Shown piece by piece: positions 1 through 10,208 of a stretch of 30,286 bases of DNA. Source of the DNA: an uncultured Clostridia bacterium. GTDB taxonomy: Bacteria; Bacillota; Clostridia; TANB77; CAG-508. The notes below the pieces were generated by a model. The model was not told the DNA's origin. It searched no databases and saw nothing but the letters and a program-made list of their open reading frames with translations. The stretch lies in NCBI GenBank assembly GCA_947628085.1, contig CANQYM010000017.1:1-30286 (forward strand), read 5' to 3'. Position numbers and translations under genes: made by a program. Each line of letters begins with the position of its first letter. The first letter of the stretch is position 1.

Positions 1-57
1 TCTAAAACCATGTACTTTATTTCTTTGTCTTTTTTTTGGTTGATATGTTCTTTTCAT
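1..57 (-). CDS. rpmH: 50S ribosomal protein L34, N-terminal part; the gene continues beyond the left edge
   Basis: The reverse complement of 1-57 translates to MKRTYQPKKRQRNKVHGFR, the canonical L34 N-terminus. An AGGAGG Shine-Dalgarno (rc of 64-69) lies 6 nt upstream of the ATG (rc of 55-57). The gene is divergent from dnaA, as at most bacterial origins. Confidence 0.85.
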   Translation of the reverse strand, partial: MKRTYQPKKRQRNKVHGFR

Positions 58-297
58 TTTGCACCTCCTAATTTATAATAATTTTATTATATTTTTGAAT
101 TAAATAATATCTATTTATTCGCAAGTAATTTAAATTATACTATACAATGCTAGAAAAAGTCAAGTAATTAATAAAATTTGTAACCTTTATTTCCCTAAAT
201 ACATAAAATTTATTTTTTTTTATTTTTCTAATAATTTAACTTGATATTTAAAAATATTTTTGATATTATATGCGTGTAATAAAAAAGGATTTTTATG

Positions 298-375
298 TTT
301 TCCACAGAATGTTTGTTCTTGTAAAACATGTTTACGTAAGGTTTGCAGTTTTCTTGTGGACAACCCTGTGGATAA
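298..375. promoter_or_regulatory. DnaA-box cluster upstream of dnaA (left part of oriC / dnaA autoregulatory region)
   Basis: TTTTCCACA at 298-306, TGTGGACAA (rc TTGTCCACA) at 355-363 and a perfect TGTGGATAA (rc TTATCCACA) at 367-375, all in the rpmH-dnaA intergenic region. Confidence 0.6.
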
Positions 376-409
376 CCACTATAACTAGAAAGGACGGTCT
401 TCTTAAAAA

Positions 410-1759
410 ATGTATACTGATAAAGATGATTTACTTGCAAAAGCTAAAGATTTATTAAAAGAAGAAATGACAACAATTTCTTATACAACATGGATTAAAA
501 ATCTAGAAATCCAATCTATTATTGATGATAAAATTGTTTTAGTAGCTTTTTCAAAAATGCAAAAAGATGCTATTGAAACACGTTTGTTTGATTTAATTTG
601 TAATACATTTAATTTTATTACTAATAAAAATTGTGAAATAGAAATAATAGAAAAAGATTCTTCAAATAGCGAACCTTTTAAAGAGCAAAGGGAAGAGGTT
701 TCTTTTGAAAATTCTGAAAATTATTCTCGTTCTTTTTTAAATCCTAAGTATACATTCGATAACTTTGTAATAGGAAATAATAATAAATTTGCTCAAGCTG
801 CTGCTTATGCTGTTGCTGAATCTCCAGCCACTGCTTATAATCCATTATTTATTTATGGAGGAGTAGGACTTGGAAAAACACATTTAATGCATGCAATTGG
901 AAATAAAATTATTCAAAAAAATCCTAATGCAAAAGTTTTATATGTAACATCTGAAAATTTTATTAATGAGCTTGTAAATTCAATAAAAGATGCAAATTAT
1001 AAAAATGAATTATTTAGAAATAAATATAGAAATATTGATGTTTTATTAATAGACGATATTCAATTTATAGCAGGGAAGAAAACAGGGCAAGAAGAATTTT
1101 TCCATACCTTTAATGCATTACATCAAAACGGAAAACAAATTATTATTTCAAGTGATAGACCACCAAGAGACATTCCTTTATTAGAAGAAAGATTAAAATC
1201 AAGATTTGAATGGGGGATACTTGCTGATATTTCAATGCCAGATTATGAAACACGTTTAGCAATTCTTAGAAGAAAAGTTCAAGCAGATAAAATATTAATT
1301 GATGATTACATATTATCTGTTATTGCTACAAAAATAGATTCAAATATTAGAGAATTAGAGGGAGCTTTAAACAAAATAGTTGCTTATGCTTCATTAACAC
1401 ATAGTCCAATAACAATAGAAATTGCTGAAAAATCTATTAATGATATTGTTCTTCAAAAAGAAAAAGTTATTTCTTCAGACTACATACAAGACGTTGTTGC
1501 TAAATATTTTAATATAGATAAAAAAGATTTAATATCTTCTAAAAAATCAAATGACATTGCATATCCTAGACAAATAGCAATGTATTTATGTAGAAATGTT
1601 GCTGGTCTTTCTCTTCCAAAAATCGGCGCAGACTTTGGAAATAGGGACCATACAACTGTTATGCATGCAGTAAATAAAATAGAAAAAGAAATAAAAGAAA
1701 AAACAAATACTAAATTAATTGTGGAAAGTGTGAAAAACATAATTGAAGATGCAAATTAA
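410..1759 (+). CDS. dnaA: Chromosomal replication initiator protein DnaA
   Basis: 449-aa ORF with Walker A GGVGLGKTHL, Walker B LLIDDIQF, sensor region ISSDRPP and the C-terminal DNA-binding signature DHTTVMHA. It sits next to rpmH and dnaN. Confidence 0.97.
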   Translation: MYTDKDDLLAKAKDLLKEEMTTISYTTWIKNLEIQSIIDDKIVLVAFSKMQKDAIETRLFDLICNTFNFITNKNCEIEIIEKDSSNSEPFKEQREEVSFENSENYSRSFLNPKYTFDNFVIGNNNKFAQAAAYAVAESPATAYNPLFIYGGVGLGKTHLMHAIGNKIIQKNPNAKVLYVTSENFINELVNSIKDANYKNELFRNKYRNIDVLLIDDIQFIAGKKTGQEEFFHTFNALHQNGKQIIISSDRPPRDIPLLEERLKSRFEWGILADISMPDYETRLAILRRKVQADKILIDDYILSVIATKIDSNIRELEGALNKIVAYASLTHSPITIEIAEKSINDIVLQKEKVISSDYIQDVVAKYFNIDKKDLISSKKSNDIAYPRQIAMYLCRNVAGLSLPKIGADFGNRDHTTVMHAVNKIEKEIKEKTNTKLIVESVKNIIEDAN

Positions 1760-1858
1760 TTTATTTTTAGCATAAATTTTAATTTATAAAAAATATTTGT
1801 TTTACAAACATTTTTTTACAAAAAAATTTATATTAATTCTTACGGAATAGATAAAAGG

Positions 1859-2023
1859 ATTTCCACACAAAAATGTGAAAATCATGTTTATTTTTTGTTA
1901 ATAAAATTGTATTCACAAATGATAAATATTAACGTGGATAAAATAAAAAGAAATTCACAAAATTATTCACATAGTTTTTCTTATAGGTATAGGCTATTTC
2001 AAGACTTTTCCACTAAATTCACA
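1859..2023. promoter_or_regulatory. DnaA-box cluster between dnaA and dnaN (right part of a bipartite oriC)
   Basis: ATTTCCACA 1859-1867, GTATTCACA 1909-1917, CGTGGATAA (rc TTATCCACG) 1933-1941, AAATTCACA 1951-1959, TTATTCACA 1963-1971, TTTTCCACT 2006-2014 and AAATTCACA 2015-2023. An extremely AT-rich stretch at 1760-1858 is a candidate unwinding region. Confidence 0.6.
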
Positions 2024-2074
2024 GTACCTATAACTAATACTACTATTAATATTATTTTATAGAAGGAGAAAAAA

Positions 2075-3190
2075 ATGAAAGTTATTTGTGAAAAAGAAAA
2101 AATTTTAAAAGGAATTAATTCTGTTATAAATGGTGTTGCTTCAAAAACAACAATGCCTATATTAGAAGGAATTCTTATTCAAACAAATGATAATGAATTA
2201 AAATTAACTTCTTACGATTTAGAAATAGGAATAGAGTATATAGTAGAAGCAAAAATAGAAGAACACGGAAGTACAGTAGTAAATGCTATAATGTTTAGTG
2301 AAATAATAAGAAGACTTCCTTCATCAGATATAAAATTAAATATTAATGAAAATAATTTATTAGAAATAGAATGTGAAGGATCTCTATATAAATTAGCAAC
2401 AATGAATCCAGATGAATTTCCAGAATTACCAAAAATAAACATAGATAATTCAATAGAAATAGATCAAACAATATTAAAAAATATGATAAGAAAAACAATA
2501 TTTGCAGTAAGCACAGAAGAAAATAGGCCAATTTTTACAGGATGTTTATTTGAAATAGAAGGAAATAAATTAAATGTAGTTGCAGTTGATGGATATAGAT
2601 TAGCAATAAAAAGTTGTAGCTTAAATGCAAATGTAAATAATTTTAGCTGTGTTATTCCAGGAAAAACTTTAAATGAAGTAAATAAAATAGTTTCAGATTC
2701 TTTTGAAACAATAAAAATAGGAATAGCAAGAAATCAAGCATTATTCGAAATGGAAAATTGTAAAATTGTAACTAGATTATTAGATGGAGAATTCTTAAAA
2801 TATTCTAATACAATTCCTCAAAATTGGGACACAAGAATAAAAGTAAATAAGAATAATATACAAAATTGTTTTGAAAGAATTTCTTTAATTTCAGCGTCAT
2901 CCATTGAAAAAGAAAAGAAATATCCAGTAAAAATAAATATAGATGTAGGAAAAGTAACAATTTCTTGTGCAAATCAAACTGGAGATGCAAAAGAAGAAAT
3001 TTATGTTGATACAGAAGGAAAGGAATTAGAAATAGGATTTAATCCAAAATTTTTCTTAGATGCATTAAAAGCAATAGATGATGAAGAAGTATATATAGAT
3101 TTTGGAACGAATAGATCTCCATGTGTAATAAAACCAATAGAAGATGGAGATTATATTTACATGATATTACCAATAAAAATGAAGGACTAA
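2075..3190 (+). CDS. dnaN: DNA polymerase III beta sliding clamp
   Basis: 371-aa ORF with a GGAG RBS, located directly after dnaA. It has the length and three-domain layout typical of DnaN (MKVICEKEKILKGINSV ... VIKP ... YIYMILPIKM). Confidence 0.95.
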   Translation: MKVICEKEKILKGINSVINGVASKTTMPILEGILIQTNDNELKLTSYDLEIGIEYIVEAKIEEHGSTVVNAIMFSEIIRRLPSSDIKLNINENNLLEIECEGSLYKLATMNPDEFPELPKINIDNSIEIDQTILKNMIRKTIFAVSTEENRPIFTGCLFEIEGNKLNVVAVDGYRLAIKSCSLNANVNNFSCVIPGKTLNEVNKIVSDSFETIKIGIARNQALFEMENCKIVTRLLDGEFLKYSNTIPQNWDTRIKVNKNNIQNCFERISLISASSIEKEKKYPVKINIDVGKVTISCANQTGDAKEEIYVDTEGKELEIGFNPKFFLDALKAIDDEEVYIDFGTNRSPCVIKPIEDGDYIYMILPIKMKD

Positions 3191-3241
3191 AAATTAAAAA
3201 GAAGGGAGAAATATTAGCAAAACTAATATAAAATAAAAAAA

Positions 3242-3463
3242 ATGCCAGATTTTTTACAAAAAATATATGATAAATTAGTAGATTTATTTATGAAATTTAC
3301 TAAAAAATGCGATGAATGGTCAGAAACTATATATGAAAGAACAGGAAAAAAAATAAATATAGCAATGATAATAGGAGCAATAATTCTTATTATTTTTGTA
3401 GCAATATTTGTAAAGGCAATTTTAGGAATAGTATGGGGAAAATTAAGTACTGGAGATTATTAA
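3242..3463 (+). CDS. Small hypothetical membrane protein (one TM helix, IAMIIGAIILIIFVAIFVKAILGIVWG)
   Basis: 73-aa ORF filling the dnaN-recF gap. It has a charged N-terminal half and a hydrophobic C-terminal helix, and I see no S4-domain features. Confidence 0.5.
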   Translation: MPDFLQKIYDKLVDLFMKFTKKCDEWSETIYERTGKKINIAMIIGAIILIIFVAIFVKAILGIVWGKLSTGDY

Positions 3464-3470
3464 AATAAAA

Positions 3471-4545
3471 ATGTACATAAAAAATATAGTTTTAAATAAT
3501 TTTAGAAATTACAGTAATCAAGAAATAGAACTTAATAAAAATATTAATATAATATATGGAAATAATGCTCAAGGAAAAACAAATATAGTAGAAGCAATAT
3601 TTTTATGTAGTTATCGGAAAGTCTTTTAGAGCAAAAAAAGATAAAGAATTAATAAAATTTAATGAAAAAAATTCAAAAATAAAAATAGAATATGAAAAAA
3701 AAGATAGAACAGGAAAAATAGAAGCCGAAATCGAAGATAAAAAAATATTTTTATTAAATGGAATAAGACAAAATAAAGTAAGTAATATTGTAGGAAATAT
3801 AAATGTTGTAATTTTTACACCAGACGATATTGAAATAATAAAAGATGGTCCACAAAAAAGAAGAAGATTTCTTGATATGATGATAAGTTCGTTAAAGCCA
3901 AATTATATACATTTACTTAATAATTATAATAAAATATTAGATCAAAGAAATAATTACTTAAGACAAATAAAATATGAAAATAAAGATAAAAATAATTTAG
4001 ATGTTTGGGATGAAAGCTTAGCAGAATATTCTTTTAAAATATATGAATATAGAAAAAATTATATAGAAAAATTTTCTGAAAAAATAGAAGATATCCACAA
4101 AACAATAACAAAAAGTGGAAAAGAAGAAATAAAAATAAAATATATAAGCAATAGTAAAGATAAAGAATCTTTTTTAGAAAATTTGAAAAAATCTAGAGAA
4201 ATAGATATATCTCGAGGATTTACAGCCACAGGAATACATAGAGATGATTTCATAATATATATAAACGGAAGACAAGTTTCTATTTTTGGTTCACAAGGAC
4301 AACAACGAACAGCAACTTTAACATTAAAATTATGCGAACTTCAGATAGTAAAAGAAGAAATTGGAGAAAATCCAATACTATTATTAGATGATTTTATGTC
4401 AGAACTTGATGAAGAAAGAAGAAAAAGTTTTTTAGAAAATATAGAAGAAAATCAAGTTATTATAACTTGTACAGATAAATTTGAATTAGAAAAGAACAGC
4501 TCAATATTTTTTGTAGAAAATGGTATTTGCAAAAAAGAGTGTTAA
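3471..4545 (+). pseudogene. recF: recF (DNA replication/repair protein RecF) disrupted by a single-base frame shift near 3615
   Basis: The frame from ATG 3471 gives MYIKNIVLNNFRNYSNQEIELNKNINIIYGNNAQGKTNIVEAIFLCSYRKVF and then TAG at 3627-3629. The +1 frame from 3616 continues GKSFRAKKDKELIKF...FTPDDIEIIKDGPQKRRRFLDMMISS without stops into the 3877..4545 ORF (SQGQQRT, LLLDDFMSELD). The total length is 1075 nt (3n+1). Confidence 0.85.
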
Positions 4546-6489
<1,944 letters not shown>

Positions 6490-6512
6490 TTAATTAAATA
6501 TACTAAAAGATG

Positions 6513-6547
6513 AAGCCATAAAGAATTCACTTTATGGCTTTTTATAT
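6513..6547 (+). terminator. Rho-independent terminator after gyrB
   Basis: An 11-bp stem AAGCCATAAAG (6513-6523) / CTTTATGGCTT (6530-6540) with a 6-nt loop, followed by a T-rich tail. Confidence 0.6.
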
Positions 6548-6557
6548 TCTAAAAATA

Positions 6558-6613
6558 TCTTAATAATTTCTTAATAATTTCTCTATTTTTTCTTAATAAA
6601 AGTTTGCTATAAT
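6558..6613 (+). promoter_or_regulatory. Four tandem 11-bp direct repeats abutting an extended -10 promoter of the two-component operon
   Basis: TCTTAATAATT (6558-6568), TCTTAATAATT (6569-6579), TCTCTATTTTT (6580-6590) and TCTTAATAAAA (6591-6601), followed by TGCTATAAT (6605-6613). The RBS and ATG follow at 6647. Confidence 0.45.
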
Positions 6614-6646
6614 AAATGCAAAATAATAGCGATAGGAGGTTTTTAA

Positions 6647-7345
6647 ATGTATAATATTTTAGTTTGTGATGATGATAAAGAAATAGTAAAAGCTATTGAA
6701 ATATATTTAAATAAAGAAGGATATAACGTAATTAAAGCATTTGATGGAGAAGAAGCATTAAAAGTTTTAAAAAATAATACTATACATTTAATAATTCTAG
6801 ATATAATGATGCCAAAAAAAGATGGAATTGAAACTTTAAATGAAATTAGAAAAGATAAATCAATTCCCGTTATAATGCTATCTGCAAAATCTGAAGATGA
6901 AGACAAAATTAAAGGATTAAATTTAGGCGCAGATGATTATGTTACAAAGCCATTTAATCCACTAGAATTAATTGCTAGAGTAAATTCTGGAATTAGAAGA
7001 TATACAAAACTTGGAAATTATGAAGCAGAAGAAAATAAAAATATTTTTAAATCAGGAGAACTTGTAATTGATGATAATTTAAAAATTGTAAAAGTAGATG
7101 AACAAGAAATAAAATTAACACCAACAGAGTATAATATTTTAAAATTTTTAACCAAAAATAAAGGAAAAGTTTATTCAATTGAGCAAATATATGAAAATGT
7201 TTGGGAAGATGAAGCATATGCTGCTGAAAATATAATTGCAGTTCATATAAGACATATTAGAGAGAAAATAGAAATAAATCCAAAAGAACCAAAATATTTA
7301 AAAGTTATATGGGGAATAGGATATAAAATAGAAAATTTAGATTAG
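6647..7345 (+). CDS. OmpR/PhoB-family response regulator (receiver plus winged-helix domain)
   Basis: Receiver motifs DDD near the N-terminus, LIILDIMMPKKDG and VTKPF. The C-terminal winged helix reads LTPTEYNILKFL ... IWGIGYK. Confidence 0.9.
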   Translation: MYNILVCDDDKEIVKAIEIYLNKEGYNVIKAFDGEEALKVLKNNTIHLIILDIMMPKKDGIETLNEIRKDKSIPVIMLSAKSEDEDKIKGLNLGADDYVTKPFNPLELIARVNSGIRRYTKLGNYEAEENKNIFKSGELVIDDNLKIVKVDEQEIKLTPTEYNILKFLTKNKGKVYSIEQIYENVWEDEAYAAENIIAVHIRHIREKIEINPKEPKYLKVIWGIGYKIENLD

Positions 7346-7365
7346 ATAAAAAGAGGGATTTTAAA

Positions 7366-9534
7366 ATGAAAGAAAGTAAAATTTTAAAAATTACAAGTTA
7401 CATATTACTTCCAATATTCATTTTAATTATTTTTTTAAGTTGTTTTTTGGAAGTTGGAAAAGAAAGTATGCATGATAAAGAGCGATTTAAAGAAGATGAA
7501 TTTTTTAAAACAGATGATTTTCTATCAGCTTATATGTATATGCTGTCAGATCAAACAAAAAATTTAATTTATCAAAATAGCATATATTCTAGTATAAAAG
7601 ATGGAGATATAAGAATATGCTATAACGTTGTAGATAAGCCAGATTGCTCTCTTTCATATCTTTATAACATAACTGTAAAAAATAAATGTTTTTTAATTCT
7701 TTATAAAAATTTAGCATTAACAAATGTTGAATTAACAGAAAACACAAATACAATTGAAGAAATTAAAAACTTTATACAAAACAATGATAAAAAAGTTAAT
7801 ATAGTAAATGGAATTGTAGAATCAGATAATGAAATATTTTCAAATAAAGCAATTAAATATTGGGAATTATTTAATATAAATTATTATTCAATAACAGAGG
7901 GAGGACAGCACAAAGAGAATGTTGTTGCGGAAAGCATTGAAAATGATTATGAAGCAGAAATATTAGAAGATAGTCCAATAATGATAGAAGAGGTGCCAGA
8001 TAAAAGGGAATATTTTAGTACAACAATTAATGATTTTCAAATATATAGCTCTTATAAAGAAGAAGTAATATATAATTCTTCAGAAAAATTATTTGAAAAG
8101 TTTGTAGAAGAATTAGGAAAATATGAAAACATATTATATACTTTAACACCAGTATCAGTAATAGGAGCAGTTTTATTTTTAGTATATTTAATTATTTCAA
8201 TAGGGCACACAAAAAATAAAGAAGAAATAGATTTAAATGATATAGATAAAATACCTCTAGAAATTGTACTTTTAATAGGTGGAATATTATATGGCATAAT
8301 GATTGGCATTATGTTTGTGGTTATTCCAGATCTTAATATTAGTCATTATGTTTTTGCAGTAAATTTATTCTTTGCAATATATTTTTCAAGCTATATTATT
8401 GGTATGGTAATGGCTGTAACAATCATAAAAAGAATAAAATCAAAAACTTTTGTAAAAAGCAGTATTATTTTAAAAATTTTTATGAAATGTATTAATCTTA
8501 TAAAAAAATTATTTAAAAAAATTGTTAAAATAATATTAAATTTAAGAGAAATATTGCCAAAAACATGGAAATTAGTTTTATTAATAGCAGGATATGTTTT
8601 AATTTGTTTTATACTAATTTTAATGTTTGAAGAATTTGGTCTTTTCTTAGGATTAGTTTTAGGAGCATTCATTTTATATAAAATTTTGATTGAAATAAGA
8701 AATTTTCAAAAAATAGAACAGCATTTAAAAGCAATGTACGAAGGAGATAACTTAAAGAAATTAGATGAAAATGAATTTACAAAAGAATTTAAAAATATAG
8801 TTAAATATATAAACGATATTTCAAAAGGTTTTGAGAATGCAATTCAAGAAGGAATAAAATCTGAGAGATTAAAAACAGAGCTTATTACAAATGTTTCACA
8901 TGATATAAAAACACCGCTTACATCTATTATAAACTATGTGGATTTAATAAAAAAAGAAAATATAGATAATGAAAAAATTAAAGAATATATTGAAGTTTTA
9001 GATAATAAATCTCAAAGATTAAAGAAATTAACAGAAGACTTAGTTGAAGCGTCAAAAGCCTCTTCTGGAAATGTAAAATTAAATATTGAAAAAATAAATA
9101 TTTGTGAGTTAATAAAACAATCAACAGGAGAATTTGAAGATAAATTTAAAAATAAAAATTTAGATGTAATATTAAATATTCCAGAAGAAGAAATTTATAT
9201 AAATGCAGATAATAGATATATGTATAGAATTATTGAAAATTTATTTACAAATATTTCAAAATATGCGTTAGATGCATCTAGAGTTTATATAGATATTACA
9301 AAAAATGAAGAAAAAACAAAAGTTGAAATAAAAAATATTTCAAAAGAAAAATTAAATATATCAGCAGATGAATTAATGCAAAGATTTGTAAGAGGAGATA
9401 AAGCAAGAACAACAGAAGGAAGCGGACTTGGAATATCAATTTCAAAAAGCTTAACAGAACTTCAAAAAGGAAAATTTAATTTAGTTGTAGATGGAGATTT
9501 GTTTAAAGTTGAATTAGAGTTTAAAACTTTATAA
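7366..9534 (+). CDS. Sensor histidine kinase with a large N-terminal extracytoplasmic region and a multi-TM block
   Basis: H-box VSHDIKTPLTSI, N-box ENLFTNISKYA and G-box GSGLGISISK. There is one N-terminal TM, about 230 aa of soluble sequence, then several TM helices before the kinase core. The gene follows the regulator by 20 nt. Confidence 0.9.
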   Translation: MKESKILKITSYILLPIFILIIFLSCFLEVGKESMHDKERFKEDEFFKTDDFLSAYMYMLSDQTKNLIYQNSIYSSIKDGDIRICYNVVDKPDCSLSYLYNITVKNKCFLILYKNLALTNVELTENTNTIEEIKNFIQNNDKKVNIVNGIVESDNEIFSNKAIKYWELFNINYYSITEGGQHKENVVAESIENDYEAEILEDSPIMIEEVPDKREYFSTTINDFQIYSSYKEEVIYNSSEKLFEKFVEELGKYENILYTLTPVSVIGAVLFLVYLIISIGHTKNKEEIDLNDIDKIPLEIVLLIGGILYGIMIGIMFVVIPDLNISHYVFAVNLFFAIYFSSYIIGMVMAVTIIKRIKSKTFVKSSIILKIFMKCINLIKKLFKKIVKIILNLREILPKTWKLVLLIAGYVLICFILILMFEEFGLFLGLVLGAFILYKILIEIRNFQKIEQHLKAMYEGDNLKKLDENEFTKEFKNIVKYINDISKGFENAIQEGIKSERLKTELITNVSHDIKTPLTSIINYVDLIKKENIDNEKIKEYIEVLDNKSQRLKKLTEDLVEASKASSGNVKLNIEKINICELIKQSTGEFEDKFKNKNLDVILNIPEEEIYINADNRYMYRIIENLFTNISKYALDASRVYIDITKNEEKTKVEIKNISKEKLNISADELMQRFVRGDKARTTEGSGLGISISKSLTELQKGKFNLVVDGDLFKVELEFKTL

Positions 9535-9585
9535 AAAAATCTTGACTTATAAAAAATTCTGTTGTAATATAGTTATCAATCAAAG

Positions 9586-9616
9586 GGGCGCAAAAAAATT
9601 GCGCTCTTATTTTTTT
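9586..9616 (+). terminator. Rho-independent terminator after the kinase gene
   Basis: Stem GGGCGCAA (9586-9593) / TTGCGCTC (9599-9606) with an A5 loop, followed by TTATTTTTTT. Confidence 0.6.
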
Positions 9617-9632
9617 AAGGAGGTAGATATAA

Positions 9633-10208
9633 ATAAAAAAAGAAAAAACAACTCAGGGCTGGCTACCATTTGATGAAGTTTTAGAAAACGGAATAATAAA
9701 GCAAAAAAATTCTTATATAAAAATTATAAAAGTAATTCCAATTAATTATGATTTAAAATCAAATTTAGAAAAAGAAGCTATTTTAAATTCTTATAAATTG
9801 TTTTTAAAAACATGCGATTTTAATGTTCAAATAATTATTCAAAGTAAAAAAGAAAATTTATCAAAATATTTTTTTAATCTTAAACAAATTTCCCAAAAAG
9901 AAGAAAACGAAAAAATAAAAGAAATAGCAAAAGAGTATATAGAGTTTATAAAAAATAAAAATGAAGAAAACAAATCAGCATCAAAAAATTTTTATATAGT
10001 TATTAAATATGATTTTGATTTATCCACAAAAAGTGCTCAAACTGTGGATGAAAACATTGCAATTAACTTTTTAAATGAAGGATTTTTTAAAATAAAAGAA
10101 ACTTTATCAAGATGTGGCAATACTGTATATGACATTAATGAAAAACAAGAAGTAGAAGAAATTTTAAATTCATTTTTTAATCAAAAAGGTGAAAAAAAGG
10201 AGGAATGA
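9633..10208 (+). CDS. N-terminal domain of a Gram-positive-type VirB4 (TcpF/PrgJ/Orf16-like) ATPase; no canonical start codon; out of frame with the ATPase domain
   Basis: The frame is open from the TAA at 9630-9632. It reads IKKEKTTQGWLPFDEVLENGIIKQKNSYIKIIKVIPINYDLKSNLEKEAILNSYKLFLKTCDFNVQIIIQSKK, which resembles VirB4 N-termini of Firmicute conjugation systems. A strong AAGGAGG (9617-9623) lies 9 nt before ATA 9633. The first ATG/GTG/TTG in frame is TTG 9798, inside the conserved region. Confidence 0.6.
   Translation: MKKEKTTQGWLPFDEVLENGIIKQKNSYIKIIKVIPINYDLKSNLEKEAILNSYKLFLKTCDFNVQIIIQSKKENLSKYFFNLKQISQKEENEKIKEIAKEYIEFIKNKNEENKSASKNFYIVIKYDFDLSTKSAQTVDENIAINFLNEGFFKIKETLSRCGNTVYDINEKQEVEEILNSFFNQKGEKKEE

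Noticed and set aside
228-458. ORFs 228..440 (-) and 270..458 (+) in the rpmH-dnaA intergenic region
   Set aside because: They overlap each other, the DnaA boxes and the dnaA start. They have no RBS and low-complexity translations, so they are most likely non-coding origin or promoter DNA.
6558-6601. The tandem 11-bp repeats as a CRISPR array or minisatellite
   Set aside because: The units are contiguous with no spacers, there are only four of them, and they directly abut a -10 element. An operator-type site is the better explanation. No CRISPR-like repeat-spacer structure exists anywhere in the window.
9542-9570. Promoter-like TTGACT (9542-9547), a 17-nt spacer, then TAATAT (9565-9570) upstream of the VirB4-like gene
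   Set aside because: It lies upstream of the terminator hairpin at 9586-9616, so a transcript would mostly stop before the gene unless the hairpin is an attenuator. AT-rich DNA yields many such matches, so I did not list it as a feature.
10206-10208. TGA read as a sense codon (genetic code 4 or 25) to explain the split genes
   Set aside because: Trp is encoded by TGG throughout (for example in dnaA and gyrB). The TGA at 10206 is immediately followed by TAA, the TGA ending the coupling-protein fragment is soon followed by further stops, and recF stops at TAG. Recoding would not fuse any of the pairs.
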